Assembly: GCA_964475405.1 (NCBI GenBank)
Contig: CAYYWX010000001.1
Coordinates: 6,333 to 70,332 of the forward strand
Source of the DNA: an uncultured Verrucomicrobiota bacterium
GTDB lineage: Bacteria; Verrucomicrobiota; Kiritimatiellia; JAAZAB01
Direction: 5' to 3'
DNA length: 64,000 bases
The position numbers and the translations under genes are program-made. A model generated the notes under the pieces. The model was not told the DNA's origin, did not search any database, and was given only the letters and a program-made list of their open reading frames with translations. Shown here in pieces: positions 1 to 9,678 of the stretch. Position 1 is the first letter of the stretch; every line of letters begins with the position of its first letter.

Positions 1-1662
1 ATCACCAAGCGCGGCATTTATAACCCGGACGACCTGGAATCGGACCGCATGGCGCTCCTCGCGCTTTACCAGAACCGCGGTTACCTGGACGCGCGCATCG
101 GCAACCCCGAGACGAGCCTTTACGCCCCGCGCAAGCTGGCGGTCAACTTTCCGATCAGCGAGGGCAGCCAATACCGGGTCGGCGGCCTGGCCATCCGCGG
201 CGCGACCCTGTTTGCCGAGTCAAACCTCTGGAAAATTGTCACCATTAAAAGCGGCGACGTTGCCGCGATGGACGCCATCAACCGCGCCGCCGAAACACTG
301 CGCGATTATTACCAAAGCCGCGGCTACATCCGCACCTCGGTCATGCCCCAGATCAATCCCCGTTTAAACGAGGCGGTTGTCGACATCCAGTTCAATATTT
401 CCGAAAGCAGCCTGATTTATCTGCGCTATATTGACATCCGCGGCAACTCCCGGACAAAGGACGTTGTCATCCGCCGCGAATTGCAGGTCTATCCCGGCGA
501 AGTCTACAACCAGGTGCAGGTCAAGCGCGGCGAACGCATCCTCCAGAACCTGGGGTTCTTTTCGAAGGTCTCCAGCTATCCGCGCGAAACGATCGACCCC
601 ACCAAGGACGACCTGGTATACGAGGTTGAGGAGGGCCGGACCGGCCAGTTTTCGATCGGCGCCGGTTATTCCAGCATTGACGAGTTGATGGGCTTTGTTG
701 AAATGTCCCAAGGAAATTTCGACCTGTTCAACTGGCCGCATTTCACCGGCGACGGGCAGAAACTGCGCCTGCGCACCCAGTTCGGGAGGCTGAACGAGAA
801 TTACGAGCTATCCTTCGTGGAGCCCTGGTTCCTGGGCCGCAAGCTTTCGCTCGGCGTTGACGTCTACGACTCCAAGCTCAGCAACCTGAGCGATTATTAC
901 AGCCAGCAGCGCCTGGGCAGCGCGGTAACGATCGGCAAGCCGCTCAAATGGTATTTTTTCCATCGCGGTGAGTTGCGCTACAGCCTGGAGCGCATCACGA
1001 TTTTTGACGTCTCCAGCAACGCGACCGAAATGATCCAGAGCCAGGCGGGCGGCCGCAACGTCAGCACCCTCAAGCCCACGATCATCCATGACACGCGCAA
1101 TAACGTCTTCATCCCGACCCGCGGCAACAAGACCACCCTTTCCGCCCGGCTCTCCGGCGGGCCGCTCGGGTTTGACACGGACGTTTACGGATTTGACGCT
1201 GAAACCACCTCCTATTTCCCGGCGCTCTTTGACCACGTCCTGAGCATGCGGGTCTGGGCGGCAACCATCCAGGAATACGGCAACGACGACGACGTGCCCC
1301 TCTTTGACCGCCTCTTCCTCGGCGGCGCGCGGAATTTGCGCGGCTTCAAATACCGTTACGTCGGCCCCTACCAGAACGGGGACCCGATCGGCGGCAAAAC
1401 CGCCGGGCTGGCCTCGTTTGAATACACGGTTCCGGTCTACGCCAACATGATCCGCGTGGCCGGCTTTTATGATATCGGCAATGTTTGGCTTGATGCCTTC
1501 GACTTCGATGTGCTAAAGTACTGCTCGGACATCGGAATCGGGCTTCGAATTGACGTTCCCGGCTTCCCGATCCGGGTGGACTATGCCTGGCCGCTGGAAA
1601 TCAGCGGCGACGTGCAAAGGACCTCGGCGCGCTTCAACTTCTGGCTGGGTTACGGATTTTGA
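1..1662 (+). CDS. bamA: Outer membrane protein assembly factor BamA (Omp85/D15), C-terminal part; 5' end lies outside the window
   Basis: The reading frame is open from nt 1, so the track start at 49 is only the first in-frame Met. POTRA-like segment (IRGNSRTKDVVIRRELQVYPGEVYN), then a surface-antigen/Omp85 beta-barrel ending in aromatic-rich LGYGF. The conserved bamA-skp-lpxD order follows. Confidence 0.85.
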   Translation: MTKRGIYNPDDLESDRMALLALYQNRGYLDARIGNPETSLYAPRKLAVNFPISEGSQYRVGGLAIRGATLFAESNLWKIVTIKSGDVAAMDAINRAAETLRDYYQSRGYIRTSVMPQINPRLNEAVVDIQFNISESSLIYLRYIDIRGNSRTKDVVIRRELQVYPGEVYNQVQVKRGERILQNLGFFSKVSSYPRETIDPTKDDLVYEVEEGRTGQFSIGAGYSSIDELMGFVEMSQGNFDLFNWPHFTGDGQKLRLRTQFGRLNENYELSFVEPWFLGRKLSLGVDVYDSKLSNLSDYYSQQRLGSAVTIGKPLKWYFFHRGELRYSLERITIFDVSSNATEMIQSQAGGRNVSTLKPTIIHDTRNNVFIPTRGNKTTLSARLSGGPLGFDTDVYGFDAETTSYFPALFDHVLSMRVWAATIQEYGNDDDVPLFDRLFLGGARNLRGFKYRYVGPYQNGDPIGGKTAGLASFEYTVPVYANMIRVAGFYDIGNVWLDAFDFDVLKYCSDIGIGLRIDVPGFPIRVDYAWPLEISGDVQRTSARFNFWLGYGF

Positions 1663-1691
1663 GAAACAACAACGATAGGAGAGCAACAATA

Positions 1692-2291
1692 ATGAATTCA
1701 CCGATGAAATGGCCGCTTATCCTGGCCGCAATATTGACCGCCGGCGGCGTGATGGCCGCGGAACAGAAAATCGCGTTTATCAACATGGAAAGGGTGTTTG
1801 ACGAATTCCACAAAACCAAGGCGGCCAACCTCCAGTTCAAGGCGCGCGGCGAGGAAATAGACGTGAAGCGCAAGGACATCGTGTCCAAGGCCAAGGTCCT
1901 GAAGGCGGACTTTGACAAGCTGAACGCCGAATACAAGGACAAGTCGCTCAACGAAAACACGCGTGACAAGAAAAAAGAGGAAGCGGAGAAAAAACTTGAG
2001 GAGCTCAGGGAAGCCGAGACAAAACTGATGGAATTCGACAAGACTTACAAGAAGGAGATTGCCGACCAGATGCGCCAGATGCAGCAGCAGATCGTGAGCG
2101 AAATCCGCGGCGTCATCCAGACTTACGCGGTTGAAAACAAAATCGATATTGTCCTGGATAACTCCGGCAAAACCCTGAACAACGTGGAAAGCGTGATGTA
2201 TTTCGACAAGCGGATGGACATCACCGACCCGATCCTGGCGATCATGAATAAAAACGCGCCGGACACGGAAAAGAAGAGCGCCGCCAAGTGA
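1692..2291 (+). CDS. skp: Periplasmic chaperone Skp/OmpH family
   Basis: Signal peptide (MKWPLILAAILTAGGVMAAEQ), ~200 aa lysine/glutamate-rich coiled-coil typical of OmpH. AGGAGA RBS 9 nt before the ATG at 1692. The track ORF begins at an upstream alternative start, 1659. Sits between bamA and lpxD. Confidence 0.75.
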   Translation: MNSPMKWPLILAAILTAGGVMAAEQKIAFINMERVFDEFHKTKAANLQFKARGEEIDVKRKDIVSKAKVLKADFDKLNAEYKDKSLNENTRDKKKEEAEKKLEELREAETKLMEFDKTYKKEIADQMRQMQQQIVSEIRGVIQTYAVENKIDIVLDNSGKTLNNVESVMYFDKRMDITDPILAIMNKNAPDTEKKSAAK

Positions 2292-3337
2292 AAGCGCAAT
2301 TATCGGTAGCCGAAATCGCCGGCCGCCTGCAAGGGCGCGTCGAGGGCAACAAGGAAGCGATCATCACCGGCCTGGCCGGGATCCGCGAGGCCGGCGAGGG
2401 CGATCTGTCGTTCATCGCCAACGCGCGCTACGCCCCGGCGGCGGCCGTGACCAAGGCCGGGGCGGTCATTGTCGCCGAGGACTGGAACCGGTCCTGTTCG
2501 GCCACCATGATCCGCGTTAAAAACCCCGACAAGGCGTTCGCCGAAACGGCGCAATGGTTCGCGCCGCCGCCGGTGACTTTCCAGCCGGGCATCCACCCCT
2601 CCGCGATTGTCGCCAAGAGCGCGCAGATCGGCCGCGACGTGTTCATCGGCCCCTGCTGCGTCATTGAACCGGACGTCGTCATCGGCGACCGGTGCGTCAT
2701 TTACGCCGGCTGTTACATCGGCCACGGCTCGATCCTCGGCGAGGACGGCAAGCTGTATTCGCTGGTAACCATTCGCGAACACACGCGAATTGGAAAACGG
2801 ACAATTATTCATAGCGGCACGGTTGTCGGCAGCGATGGATTCGGCTATGTGCAGGAAGGCGCGGTCCGGAAAAAAATTCCGCAAATCGGGATCGTGGTGA
2901 TCGGCGACGACGTGGAGATCGGCGCAAATGTCGCGATTGACCGCGCGCGCTTCGGCCAAACCCGCATCGGCAACGGCGTCAAGATTGACAACCTGGTGAT
3001 GATCGCGCACAACGTCGTCATCGGCGACAATTGCGTCATCGTCTCCCAGGTCGGCATCTCGGGCAGCACCTCCATCGGCGCGAGGACCATCCTCGCCGGC
3101 CAGGTCGGCATCGTCGGCCACCTTGAAATCGGCGCGGACGTGATTATCGGCGCCCAGTCGGGGGTCTCCAAGAACATCCCCCCGAAAACCTATGTCACCG
3201 GCTCGCCGGCAATCAGTCACGAGAAATACCTGAAAACTAACGCCCATATCATGCGCCTGCCGGATCTCAAGGAAAAAGTCGCCTTGATGGAAGCGCGCCT
3301 CGCCAAGCTCGAAGAGCAGCTTTCCAAGAAATCATAA
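2288..3337 (+). CDS. lpxD: UDP-3-O-(3-hydroxyacyl)glucosamine N-acyltransferase LpxD
   Basis: LpxD N-terminal domain (LSVAEIAGRLQGRVEG...GDLSFIANARYAPAAA) followed by hexapeptide left-handed beta-helix repeats (IGDDVEIGANVAIDRARFG..). GTG start overlaps the skp stop (GTGA). Confidence 0.9.
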   Translation: MKAQLSVAEIAGRLQGRVEGNKEAIITGLAGIREAGEGDLSFIANARYAPAAAVTKAGAVIVAEDWNRSCSATMIRVKNPDKAFAETAQWFAPPPVTFQPGIHPSAIVAKSAQIGRDVFIGPCCVIEPDVVIGDRCVIYAGCYIGHGSILGEDGKLYSLVTIREHTRIGKRTIIHSGTVVGSDGFGYVQEGAVRKKIPQIGIVVIGDDVEIGANVAIDRARFGQTRIGNGVKIDNLVMIAHNVVIGDNCVIVSQVGISGSTSIGARTILAGQVGIVGHLEIGADVIIGAQSGVSKNIPPKTYVTGSPAISHEKYLKTNAHIMRLPDLKEKVALMEARLAKLEEQLSKKS

Positions 3338-3403
3338 GACGCCTCGCGGACTTGCGCAGCCACGGCGGGCGCCGGCCGGCCCGGCAAAAATGGATAAGTT
3401 TTC

Positions 3404-6001
3404 TTGACCAAACTTCCATTTCCGCCAATAATTGCTTCCATGTCGGTCAATCCCAACAAAAAACTTACAGGGTTGCGCCATTATCTTGCCGGAGCGCTGT
3501 CGGCGGCCTTTTTAACGGCGCTCCTCTGTTCAAGCGCTCCGGGCGCGAACCGGGATGACCTCCTCCTGGCCAACGCGGCGGCCGCGCTCGACGATGAACT
3601 GTACGAAAACGCCGAGCAGAACATCCGGCAGCACCTGAGCGGCGGCCGCGCCGACGGGCTGAAAACCGAATATGTCATCCTGCTCGCCCGGGCGCTGCAC
3701 GGCCAGAAACGCTACCCGGAAATGCTCAACCTGCTGCAACAGCGCCGCGGCGAATCGGAAAACAGCGCCCTGGCCGATGATTATTCGTTCTGGCTCGCGC
3801 TCGCCTGTTATGACAACTCCCAATTTGACGCGACGCTCAAACAAACCGATAACTTTGAAAAGCGCCATCCCGGTTCGCGGCTTATTCCCGACATCATCCG
3901 CCTGAGGGTAAAAACGCTTTTGAAACTCGGCCGGGAAGACGAGGCCATCGGGACCTTGGAGCAGCTGATCAAGGAACAAAAGGACGGCGACGAAATAGTC
4001 ATGGACCGGCTCTTGCTCGGGCAGATCCTGGCCAATGCCGGCCGGACGCAGGAAGCCTGCGCCATCCTTGAAAAGCTTCTCGTCTCCGTGCCTGACACCA
4101 GCACGGGGCAGAAGTGCCGCGTCATTCTCGGGCGGGTTTACATGGACCAGAAGCAATGGCAAAAAGCCCGGCTGGCCTTTGAGCCCCTGGTCACCCAGGG
4201 CAATGTTCCCAATAATTACCGGCGGCAGGCCATTGAATCGCTGGCGGAAATCGCGGCGGCGCAAGGCAAATTCAGCGAGGCGCTCGGCATCCTGGAAAGC
4301 GGCGCGCGCCAAATGCCAAACCCGCCGCATTCGCTTGAGCTTTCGCTGCGCAAGGGCGTTATATTGCTGGAAATGAAAAAAATTGACGAGGGAACGGCGT
4401 TGATTCACGACTATGTCAGCGCGCAAACAACCAACGCGATCGGCGCCAAGGTCCAGCTTGAGCTCGCGCAAACGCTCCTGAAAGGCGGCTATAACGAAAA
4501 AGCTCTGGTTGAATTCCAGAATTTCCTGGAAAGCTTCGCCGCGCAGGACGGTTTAACCGAGGCCTTCAAGGGAAAAGGAACGGCCCTTTTCAACCTGGAG
4601 CGCTACCATGAAGCCGCCGCCGCCTTCACCAGGGCCGACGAGGCCGCTAAAAACCCGGACGAAAAGGCGCAATGCCGCTATCGCACGGCGGACGCGCTCT
4701 TCGCGCTCGGCCAGTTCAAGGCCGCCGCCGAAACATACGCCCGGGCCGGCGAGATGCAACCGGATACCTGCCTGGCCATGATGGCGCTCTTTCAAACGGC
4801 GGAATGCCAGGCGCAAACCGGGAACATGCCCGGGGCGGAAAACACATTCTGGATTGTTTACGACACGGACCCAACCGACGCCCTCGCGCCGCGCGCCCTG
4901 CTGCGCCTCGCCGACCTTCTCCTGCAACAAAACAAACAGCGCGCGGCGGAAACCATTTACGCCTGGATTGACAATGATTATCCGGGCCAGTGGCGCGCGC
5001 GGTCGGTTTACGGGCGCGGCATGATCGCCTACCGTTCCGGCCGGTTCGCCGAGGCCCTGCAATGCTTTGAAGACACCCTGCGCCTGGCCGCCAAACCGGC
5101 CGCGGTCGGCGGGGACGATGAAGTCGCCGCGGAGGCGACTTACATGACGGGCTGGTCGTGCCTGATGCTCAACAAATCCGCCGAGGCCCGCGACCGCTTT
5201 GCCAAAGTGATCAGTTCCTATCCCCGCTCATCCAAGGCGCCCGAGGCGCTTTTCAGGATCGGCGAGGATGACTATAACAACAAGCGTTATAATTCCGCCG
5301 AAATTATATTCAGCCGCCTGGCGCATGATTATCCCGCCGCGCCGCTCGCCGCCGACGCCCTTTTCCGGGCGGGAAGATCCGCCCTGCAGCAAAACGAATT
5401 CAAGCGCGGCCGAGATTATTTTTCCGCCCTGATCAAAAATTATCCCGCCAGCCCGAAACGGCCCGAGGCCAGGTATTTCCAGGGGCTCGCGCTCTGCGAA
5501 TTGGGCCAGTTTGACGCCGCCATTCTCATTTTTAATGAAATAATCAAGCAATACCCGGACCACGACCTGGCGGAACCGGCCGCCATCAAGCGCGCCGACA
5601 GCCAGTTCGTTCTCGGCTCGGACGAGCCCAAGCGCTACGAGGAGGCGGTCGCCTCCTATCAGCTTGTCCTGGACCGGCCCGGTTGTTCCGCCGCAACGCG
5701 CCTGCAGGTGAAATATAAAATCGGGCGCTGCCTTGAAAAACTCGGCAAGACGAACGAGGCCTTTAACCAGTACTTGCAGGTCGTTTATTCATACCTGCAG
5801 AACCAGGAGCAAACGCCGGTTGGGGACCTTTGGTTCACCCGCGCGGCTTTCAACGCGGCCGGGATCCTGGAAGAACAGCAAAAATGGCGCCAGGCCGCCA
5901 ATATCTATGAAAGAGTGATCGAGGCCGATATCCCGGCCAGCCGCGATGCCGAGGAGCGCGTTGAAAAAATGCGCGCCGAGCACTGGTTGTCCTTTTATTA
6001 A
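3404..6001 (+). CDS. Large secreted tetratricopeptide (TPR) repeat protein
   Basis: N-terminal signal peptide (LAGALSAAFLTALLCSSAPGA), then ~800 aa of degenerate TPR-like helical repeats (recurrent A..Y/F...G....A). The true start may be the internal Met near 3440. Confidence 0.7.
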   Translation: MTKLPFPPIIASMSVNPNKKLTGLRHYLAGALSAAFLTALLCSSAPGANRDDLLLANAAAALDDELYENAEQNIRQHLSGGRADGLKTEYVILLARALHGQKRYPEMLNLLQQRRGESENSALADDYSFWLALACYDNSQFDATLKQTDNFEKRHPGSRLIPDIIRLRVKTLLKLGREDEAIGTLEQLIKEQKDGDEIVMDRLLLGQILANAGRTQEACAILEKLLVSVPDTSTGQKCRVILGRVYMDQKQWQKARLAFEPLVTQGNVPNNYRRQAIESLAEIAAAQGKFSEALGILESGARQMPNPPHSLELSLRKGVILLEMKKIDEGTALIHDYVSAQTTNAIGAKVQLELAQTLLKGGYNEKALVEFQNFLESFAAQDGLTEAFKGKGTALFNLERYHEAAAAFTRADEAAKNPDEKAQCRYRTADALFALGQFKAAAETYARAGEMQPDTCLAMMALFQTAECQAQTGNMPGAENTFWIVYDTDPTDALAPRALLRLADLLLQQNKQRAAETIYAWIDNDYPGQWRARSVYGRGMIAYRSGRFAEALQCFEDTLRLAAKPAAVGGDDEVAAEATYMTGWSCLMLNKSAEARDRFAKVISSYPRSSKAPEALFRIGEDDYNNKRYNSAEIIFSRLAHDYPAAPLAADALFRAGRSALQQNEFKRGRDYFSALIKNYPASPKRPEARYFQGLALCELGQFDAAILIFNEIIKQYPDHDLAEPAAIKRADSQFVLGSDEPKRYEEAVASYQLVLDRPGCSAATRLQVKYKIGRCLEKLGKTNEAFNQYLQVVYSYLQNQEQTPVGDLWFTRAAFNAAGILEEQQKWRQAANIYERVIEADIPASRDAEERVEKMRAEHWLSFY

Positions 6002-6059
6002 GGAATAAAAGAGAATAGAGTATGAGTCAGCCGAGTAAGGCCGCAGCCATCCGTGAATA

Positions 6060-6160
6060 AGAGGGAATTCGGTTCCCGTAGGGGCTGCGCCTTGTCCACC
6101 ATAGCTCCTTGAGCGACGGTGGATTGCGCAGCCCGTTCCGATTGGACGGTCTTCGGCAGG
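6060..6160. other. Structured intergenic element (extended stem-loop) between the TPR gene and exbB
   Basis: Perfect 9-bp arms gggctgcgc/gcgcagccc enclose an inner imperfect IR (ccaccat/acggtgg). Contains the 15-mer cttgtccaccatagc, whose reverse complement recurs at ~26805. Confidence 0.35.
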
Positions 6161-6200
6161 GTGAAGCCACTACTTGGCCGATTTTGGGAGGAAATGTAAA

Positions 6201-6848
6201 ATGACGACAGTATTAATTCAGGGCGGACCGTTATTGTGGTTTATCATGGCCGGCGGGGTGGCGGCGCTGGTAATTTTCCTGGAACGCTGGTTCCACATCC
6301 ACCGCGCCAAGATAAAAACCGATGATTTTTTAAACGGCATATTCAACATCCTCGGCCGCCATAATGTCACCGAAGCCCTGACGATCTGCAAGGAAACGCC
6401 CGGGCCGGTGGCGCATATCGTCCGGACGGCGGTGATGCATTCCAGCCAGCCGCCGATGATGATTGAACGCGCGATCGACGCGGTGGCCCTGAATGAAATT
6501 TCGCGCCTGGAGAGGCATTTTGCCACCCTGGCCACCATCGCCCAGACCGCGCCGGTCATCGGCCTGCTCGGCACAGTCATCGGCATGATCCAGGCCTTTA
6601 TCGCAATGCAGCAAAAAGCGCCGCTCGCGCCGGCGGCCGACCTGGCCGGCGGCATCTGGACCGCCCTGATCACAACCGCCGCCGGCCTGATCGTGGCCGT
6701 CTTTTCCTATTTCACCTACAACCTGCTGGTTGTCAAGACATCGTCCATTGTGCTGGACATGGAAAGGGCCGCCAATGAAATAACCGGCTTTTTGATCGGA
6801 CAAGGCGCCGGACAGAAGTCAGGAGACAAAAGTCAGGAGGCAGAATGA
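6201..6848 (+). CDS. exbB: MotA/TolQ/ExbB proton-channel family protein
   Basis: Three TM helices and the conserved TolQ/ExbB core (IAQTAPVIGLLGTVIGMIQAFIAM). GGGAGG RBS precedes the ATG at 6201. Confidence 0.8.
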   Translation: MTTVLIQGGPLLWFIMAGGVAALVIFLERWFHIHRAKIKTDDFLNGIFNILGRHNVTEALTICKETPGPVAHIVRTAVMHSSQPPMMIERAIDAVALNEISRLERHFATLATIAQTAPVIGLLGTVIGMIQAFIAMQQKAPLAPAADLAGGIWTALITTAAGLIVAVFSYFTYNLLVVKTSSIVLDMERAANEITGFLIGQGAGQKSGDKSQEAE

Positions 6849-6960
6849 AAAAATACGGAATACAAATCGTTCAGATAGTTTGTTTCTTGCCTGTCACTTT
6901 GTGCCTGCTGCCTTCCCTGGCCGAGCTCGGGCAGGCTGCCTTTGTGCCTATCATATAAAC

Positions 6961-7419
6961 ATGGAAACCAATATTCATCCGATCGGACAACGCTGGCGGC
7001 GGTTCCAGATGAACGCGCGAGTGTTCGACAAGCCGTTCGCGTTCATCCCGTTGCTGAACATATTCGTCCTGATATTTTTCTTCATCGTTTTCAACTCCGC
7101 CTTTGTCCTGAAGCCGGGCATTAACGTCCAGCTGCCCGCCGGCGCCTTCCAGCAAGGGGCGTTATACAGTTCCATGGCGGTCATCCTGACCCAGGAAGGC
7201 CTTGTCTTTTACAACGACGAGCGGGTGCCGCTGGACGCGCTTGCGGACGCCCTGCGCTCGTCGGTCGGCAAGAATAAATCCTTGCAGCTCACGGTGGAGG
7301 CCGACCTGCGCGTGCCCTACGACCGGGTTATCCGGGTCCTGAACATGGCCACCGCGGCCGGGGTGAGCAATATTTTTCTCTCAGTCCGGCCGACGTTCGG
7401 CGAGGAATTGATGCCATGA
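6961..7419 (+). CDS. exbD: Biopolymer transport protein ExbD/TolR
   Basis: Single N-terminal TM (IPLLNIFVLIFFFIVF) and ExbD periplasmic domain (LQLTVEADLRVPYDRVIRVLNMATAAGVSNIFL). Start is ambiguous between 6961 and 7009. Confidence 0.75.
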   Translation: METNIHPIGQRWRRFQMNARVFDKPFAFIPLLNIFVLIFFFIVFNSAFVLKPGINVQLPAGAFQQGALYSSMAVILTQEGLVFYNDERVPLDALADALRSSVGKNKSLQLTVEADLRVPYDRVIRVLNMATAAGVSNIFLSVRPTFGEELMP

Positions 7420-8165
7420 AAAAGTTTGATCGGCTGGCTTTCTACGGGTGGCCGGCGCTGGCGGTCATAATCCTCTTCGCGTTATTTGCGGGGTTATTGC
7501 TGTTGCCCGGCCGGGAAAAAGCACCCGACCGGCCCATGCCCAAAGCCGCGTCGGTCCGGTACGCGGTCACGGATAACCGCGAACCGCTCTCTCCCGCAGA
7601 AAAGGCGGAAGTCCGCGCCCTCTATGCCTCCGACCTGTTCGCCTCGTCGCGGGAAAGCCGGTTCCCGGCGCTGAACGCCGCTGTGAACCGTCTGGATCAG
7701 ACCAACATAACGCCGTCGGTGACGCCGTTGTTCTATTCCTTCCCGCCGTCGGCAAACCCGGTTTACGCGCGCCTCTCGGCCATAAACGTGCTTGGCGCCG
7801 ACAATGCCGTTGACGACCTGCCGCTTTCCGTCCACCCGCCCCGGCAATCAAGACAAAAAACTCCAAAATTATGCGTTGAAATAAAAGGCGCACTGAAACA
7901 AGGCGTGCTTGAACCCGATATATTCAACGGCAAGGCCTTCCCCCTGCCCGCGGACCGGAAACCCAGATCATTCCAGGCGCAAATCCGCGTCAACAACGAA
8001 GGGCGCGTGGAGCATGTGTTTGCCGAATCGGCGGACCGCGATGAGCCGGTTTATGCGGATATCATCAGCAGGCTTTATCAATGCCGTTTCAGCGGAATCA
8101 CCCAGGCCTGCGAAGGCACGATTATAATCGGCTACCCGGCCTATTCCGCGGACCCGGGGAAATGA
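7416..8165 (+). CDS. Membrane-anchored protein in the TonB position; TonB-like energy transducer candidate
   Basis: ATGA overlap with exbD. N-terminal TM anchor (WPALAVIILFALFAGLLLL), proline-containing linker, and a ~90-aa C-terminal domain (IRVNNEGRVEHVFAE...) of the size and position expected for a TonB C-terminal domain. Sequence similarity to TonB is not established. Confidence 0.45.
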   Translation: MKKFDRLAFYGWPALAVIILFALFAGLLLLPGREKAPDRPMPKAASVRYAVTDNREPLSPAEKAEVRALYASDLFASSRESRFPALNAAVNRLDQTNITPSVTPLFYSFPPSANPVYARLSAINVLGADNAVDDLPLSVHPPRQSRQKTPKLCVEIKGALKQGVLEPDIFNGKAFPLPADRKPRSFQAQIRVNNEGRVEHVFAESADRDEPVYADIISRLYQCRFSGITQACEGTIIIGYPAYSADPGK

Positions 8166-8212
8166 TGCAGGGGAAAAAATAATCAGGCTCGCTTGTGCTG
8201 AGCTTTGTCAAA

Positions 8213-8310
8213 GTGTCCGCCGAAGGCGGCAACTGCCCCCAGGTAGGGCGGGACAGCCTTGTCCCGCCGCGCTTCTGCCGTTCGGACGTCCGGACTGGCA
8301 GTCCGGACCT
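8213..8310 (+). terminator. Cluster of three consecutive GC-rich hairpins downstream of the tonB-like gene
   Basis: tccgccgaaggcgga, gcgggacagccttgtcccgc and gtccggactggcagtccggac are each perfect inverted repeats. The last is followed by cctaccTTTTgaa. Confidence 0.4.
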
Positions 8311-8407
8311 ACCTTTTGAAATTCCTATGCATGAACAAGATACCCTTCCGTCACCTTATTCCCTGAATTACTTTGCCTTTTAATTAAATTGAAAATTTAG
8401 ACTCCAA

Positions 8408-9277
8408 TTATTTATTTTTTGCGGATTTCTTGGCCTTGAAATCTTGAATCATTCTTTTTAATGATTCTCGGAATTTTTGATTCTTTGTCTCGGCCATTAC
8501 CTTCTCCATGTAAGGAATTGACGATTCATCCATACAATGAGTAATCCCGTATGCGGCTTTCACGCTTTGGACCGATTTTACAATTAACGCCGTATCCCAA
8601 AAAGTCATCAATGCAGGGACGCTCCTGGGATCCCCGAACTCCCCCAAAGTAACTGCCGCATAGCCCCTCACTTCATTTATGGCAACTTCTGGCCGCGTTC
8701 TTGATTTGGCAATCTCCGGCCTGTTCACAAAATATACGTCATTTGACACCACGTTCTCCAGAATCGGGCGCGCATCCCTGATTCCTAACTTGCTAATTGC
8801 ACAGGTAACAGCCGCGCATCCGCTCCCTTCCCCTAATGGATAATTATTCAATTCATTATTCTTCCATATCTTCTCCACCAGCAGCATGGGCACATCCTTC
8901 CCCTTGGAAGTCATATCGTCTCCAACACCAATTATTTTCATATCCCAAGCCCTCGTATCGGGATAATCCATTGCCGTTTCCACAAACTTGGCAATGGCTT
9001 TCGCCTTGGTAACCCGCTCCCTGACGATTTCACCCATAATTTTGACGCGCCAATCATCCGTTGTTTTGATTACATCGTTAAATTCCTTCGTCCTGGCGCG
9101 GTATGTCGCCTCCAAGGCCTTCCTTCCCTCCAAATATGGACCGCCTTCTTTTCCCGCCACGGCCAGGATCTGTGTTGTTAGATCGCCGTTATCATCGGCG
9201 ATGAGACCTGCGCTCGGCAACAATGCCACGGACATAACCAGGACGATCAAGAGGAACTTTTTATTAATATTTCTCAT
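8408..9277 (-). CDS. Secreted HEAT/PBS-lyase-like repeat protein; AT-richer than flanks
   Basis: Signal peptide (KKFLLIVLVMSVALLPSAG), HEAT-like repeat signature (LGEFGDPRSVPAL), and visibly lower GC than the surrounding genes. Confidence 0.55.
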   Translation of the reverse strand: MRNINKKFLLIVLVMSVALLPSAGLIADDNGDLTTQILAVAGKEGGPYLEGRKALEATYRARTKEFNDVIKTTDDWRVKIMGEIVRERVTKAKAIAKFVETAMDYPDTRAWDMKIIGVGDDMTSKGKDVPMLLVEKIWKNNELNNYPLGEGSGCAAVTCAISKLGIRDARPILENVVSNDVYFVNRPEIAKSRTRPEVAINEVRGYAAVTLGEFGDPRSVPALMTFWDTALIVKSVQSVKAAYGITHCMDESSIPYMEKVMAETKNQKFRESLKRMIQDFKAKKSAKNK

Positions 9278-9332
9278 ATAATAAGCCTGTGATGGACATC
9301 AGGAACGCGTCTCAACAAATAACATTTAGCCG

Positions 9333-9500
9333 TTATGATATCAATTCGCCTTTAAGCTTTGCACCGATCCGCACTGCATCTGTTGAATACTTCTTTCCGT
9401 CCGCGGCTTCAAGTTTCAGTCGGTGACAATTTGTAACCGACTGACTACCCTCCTTTTTGAGCCTTTCCTTCAACTTATTCAAAAAACTCCGGATCGCCAT
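9333..9500 (-). CDS. Small ORF (55 aa; MAIRSFLNKLKERLKKEGSQSVTNCHRLKLEAADGKKYSTDAVRIGAKLKGELIS) in the low-GC patch; possible gene remnant
   Basis: Below the ORF-track size cut-off and found by manual translation. Lies in the AT-rich segment between the HEAT-repeat gene and the 838-aa gene. Function unknown. Confidence 0.2.
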   Translation of the reverse strand: MAIRSFLNKLKERLKKEGSQSVTNCHRLKLEAADGKKYSTDAVRIGAKLKGELIS

Positions 9501-9678
9501 CCCGGCCGTCGCGTTATCTATTCCATCCCTCCCGCTCGCCGATCTGCCCCGGCATCATCACGGTCGGGCGGTATATGAGGCATAATATCAGATCGCGCAC
9601 CCAATCGGCAACCGTTTTCAGGTTGACAACCGGGTTAGGCGTCGTTAACGTTTTATTTTCAAACCAAGGAGGTTTTGG

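Noticed and set aside
6174-8165. Possibility that the MotA-like/ExbD-like pair is a Zorya (ZorAB) or other MotAB-type defence module
   Set aside because: ExbB here is short (about 215 aa), with no long C-terminal coiled-coil tail. It is followed by a classic ExbD and a TonB-position gene, and it sits in a housekeeping bamA-skp-lpxD neighbourhood with a TPR protein. This is a standard TonB energy-transduction system.
8195-8383. 62-aa plus-strand ORF between the tonB-like gene and the HEAT-repeat gene
   Set aside because: It coincides with the triple GC-hairpin terminator cluster. The reading frame is a by-product of the palindromic sequence, and it has no RBS.
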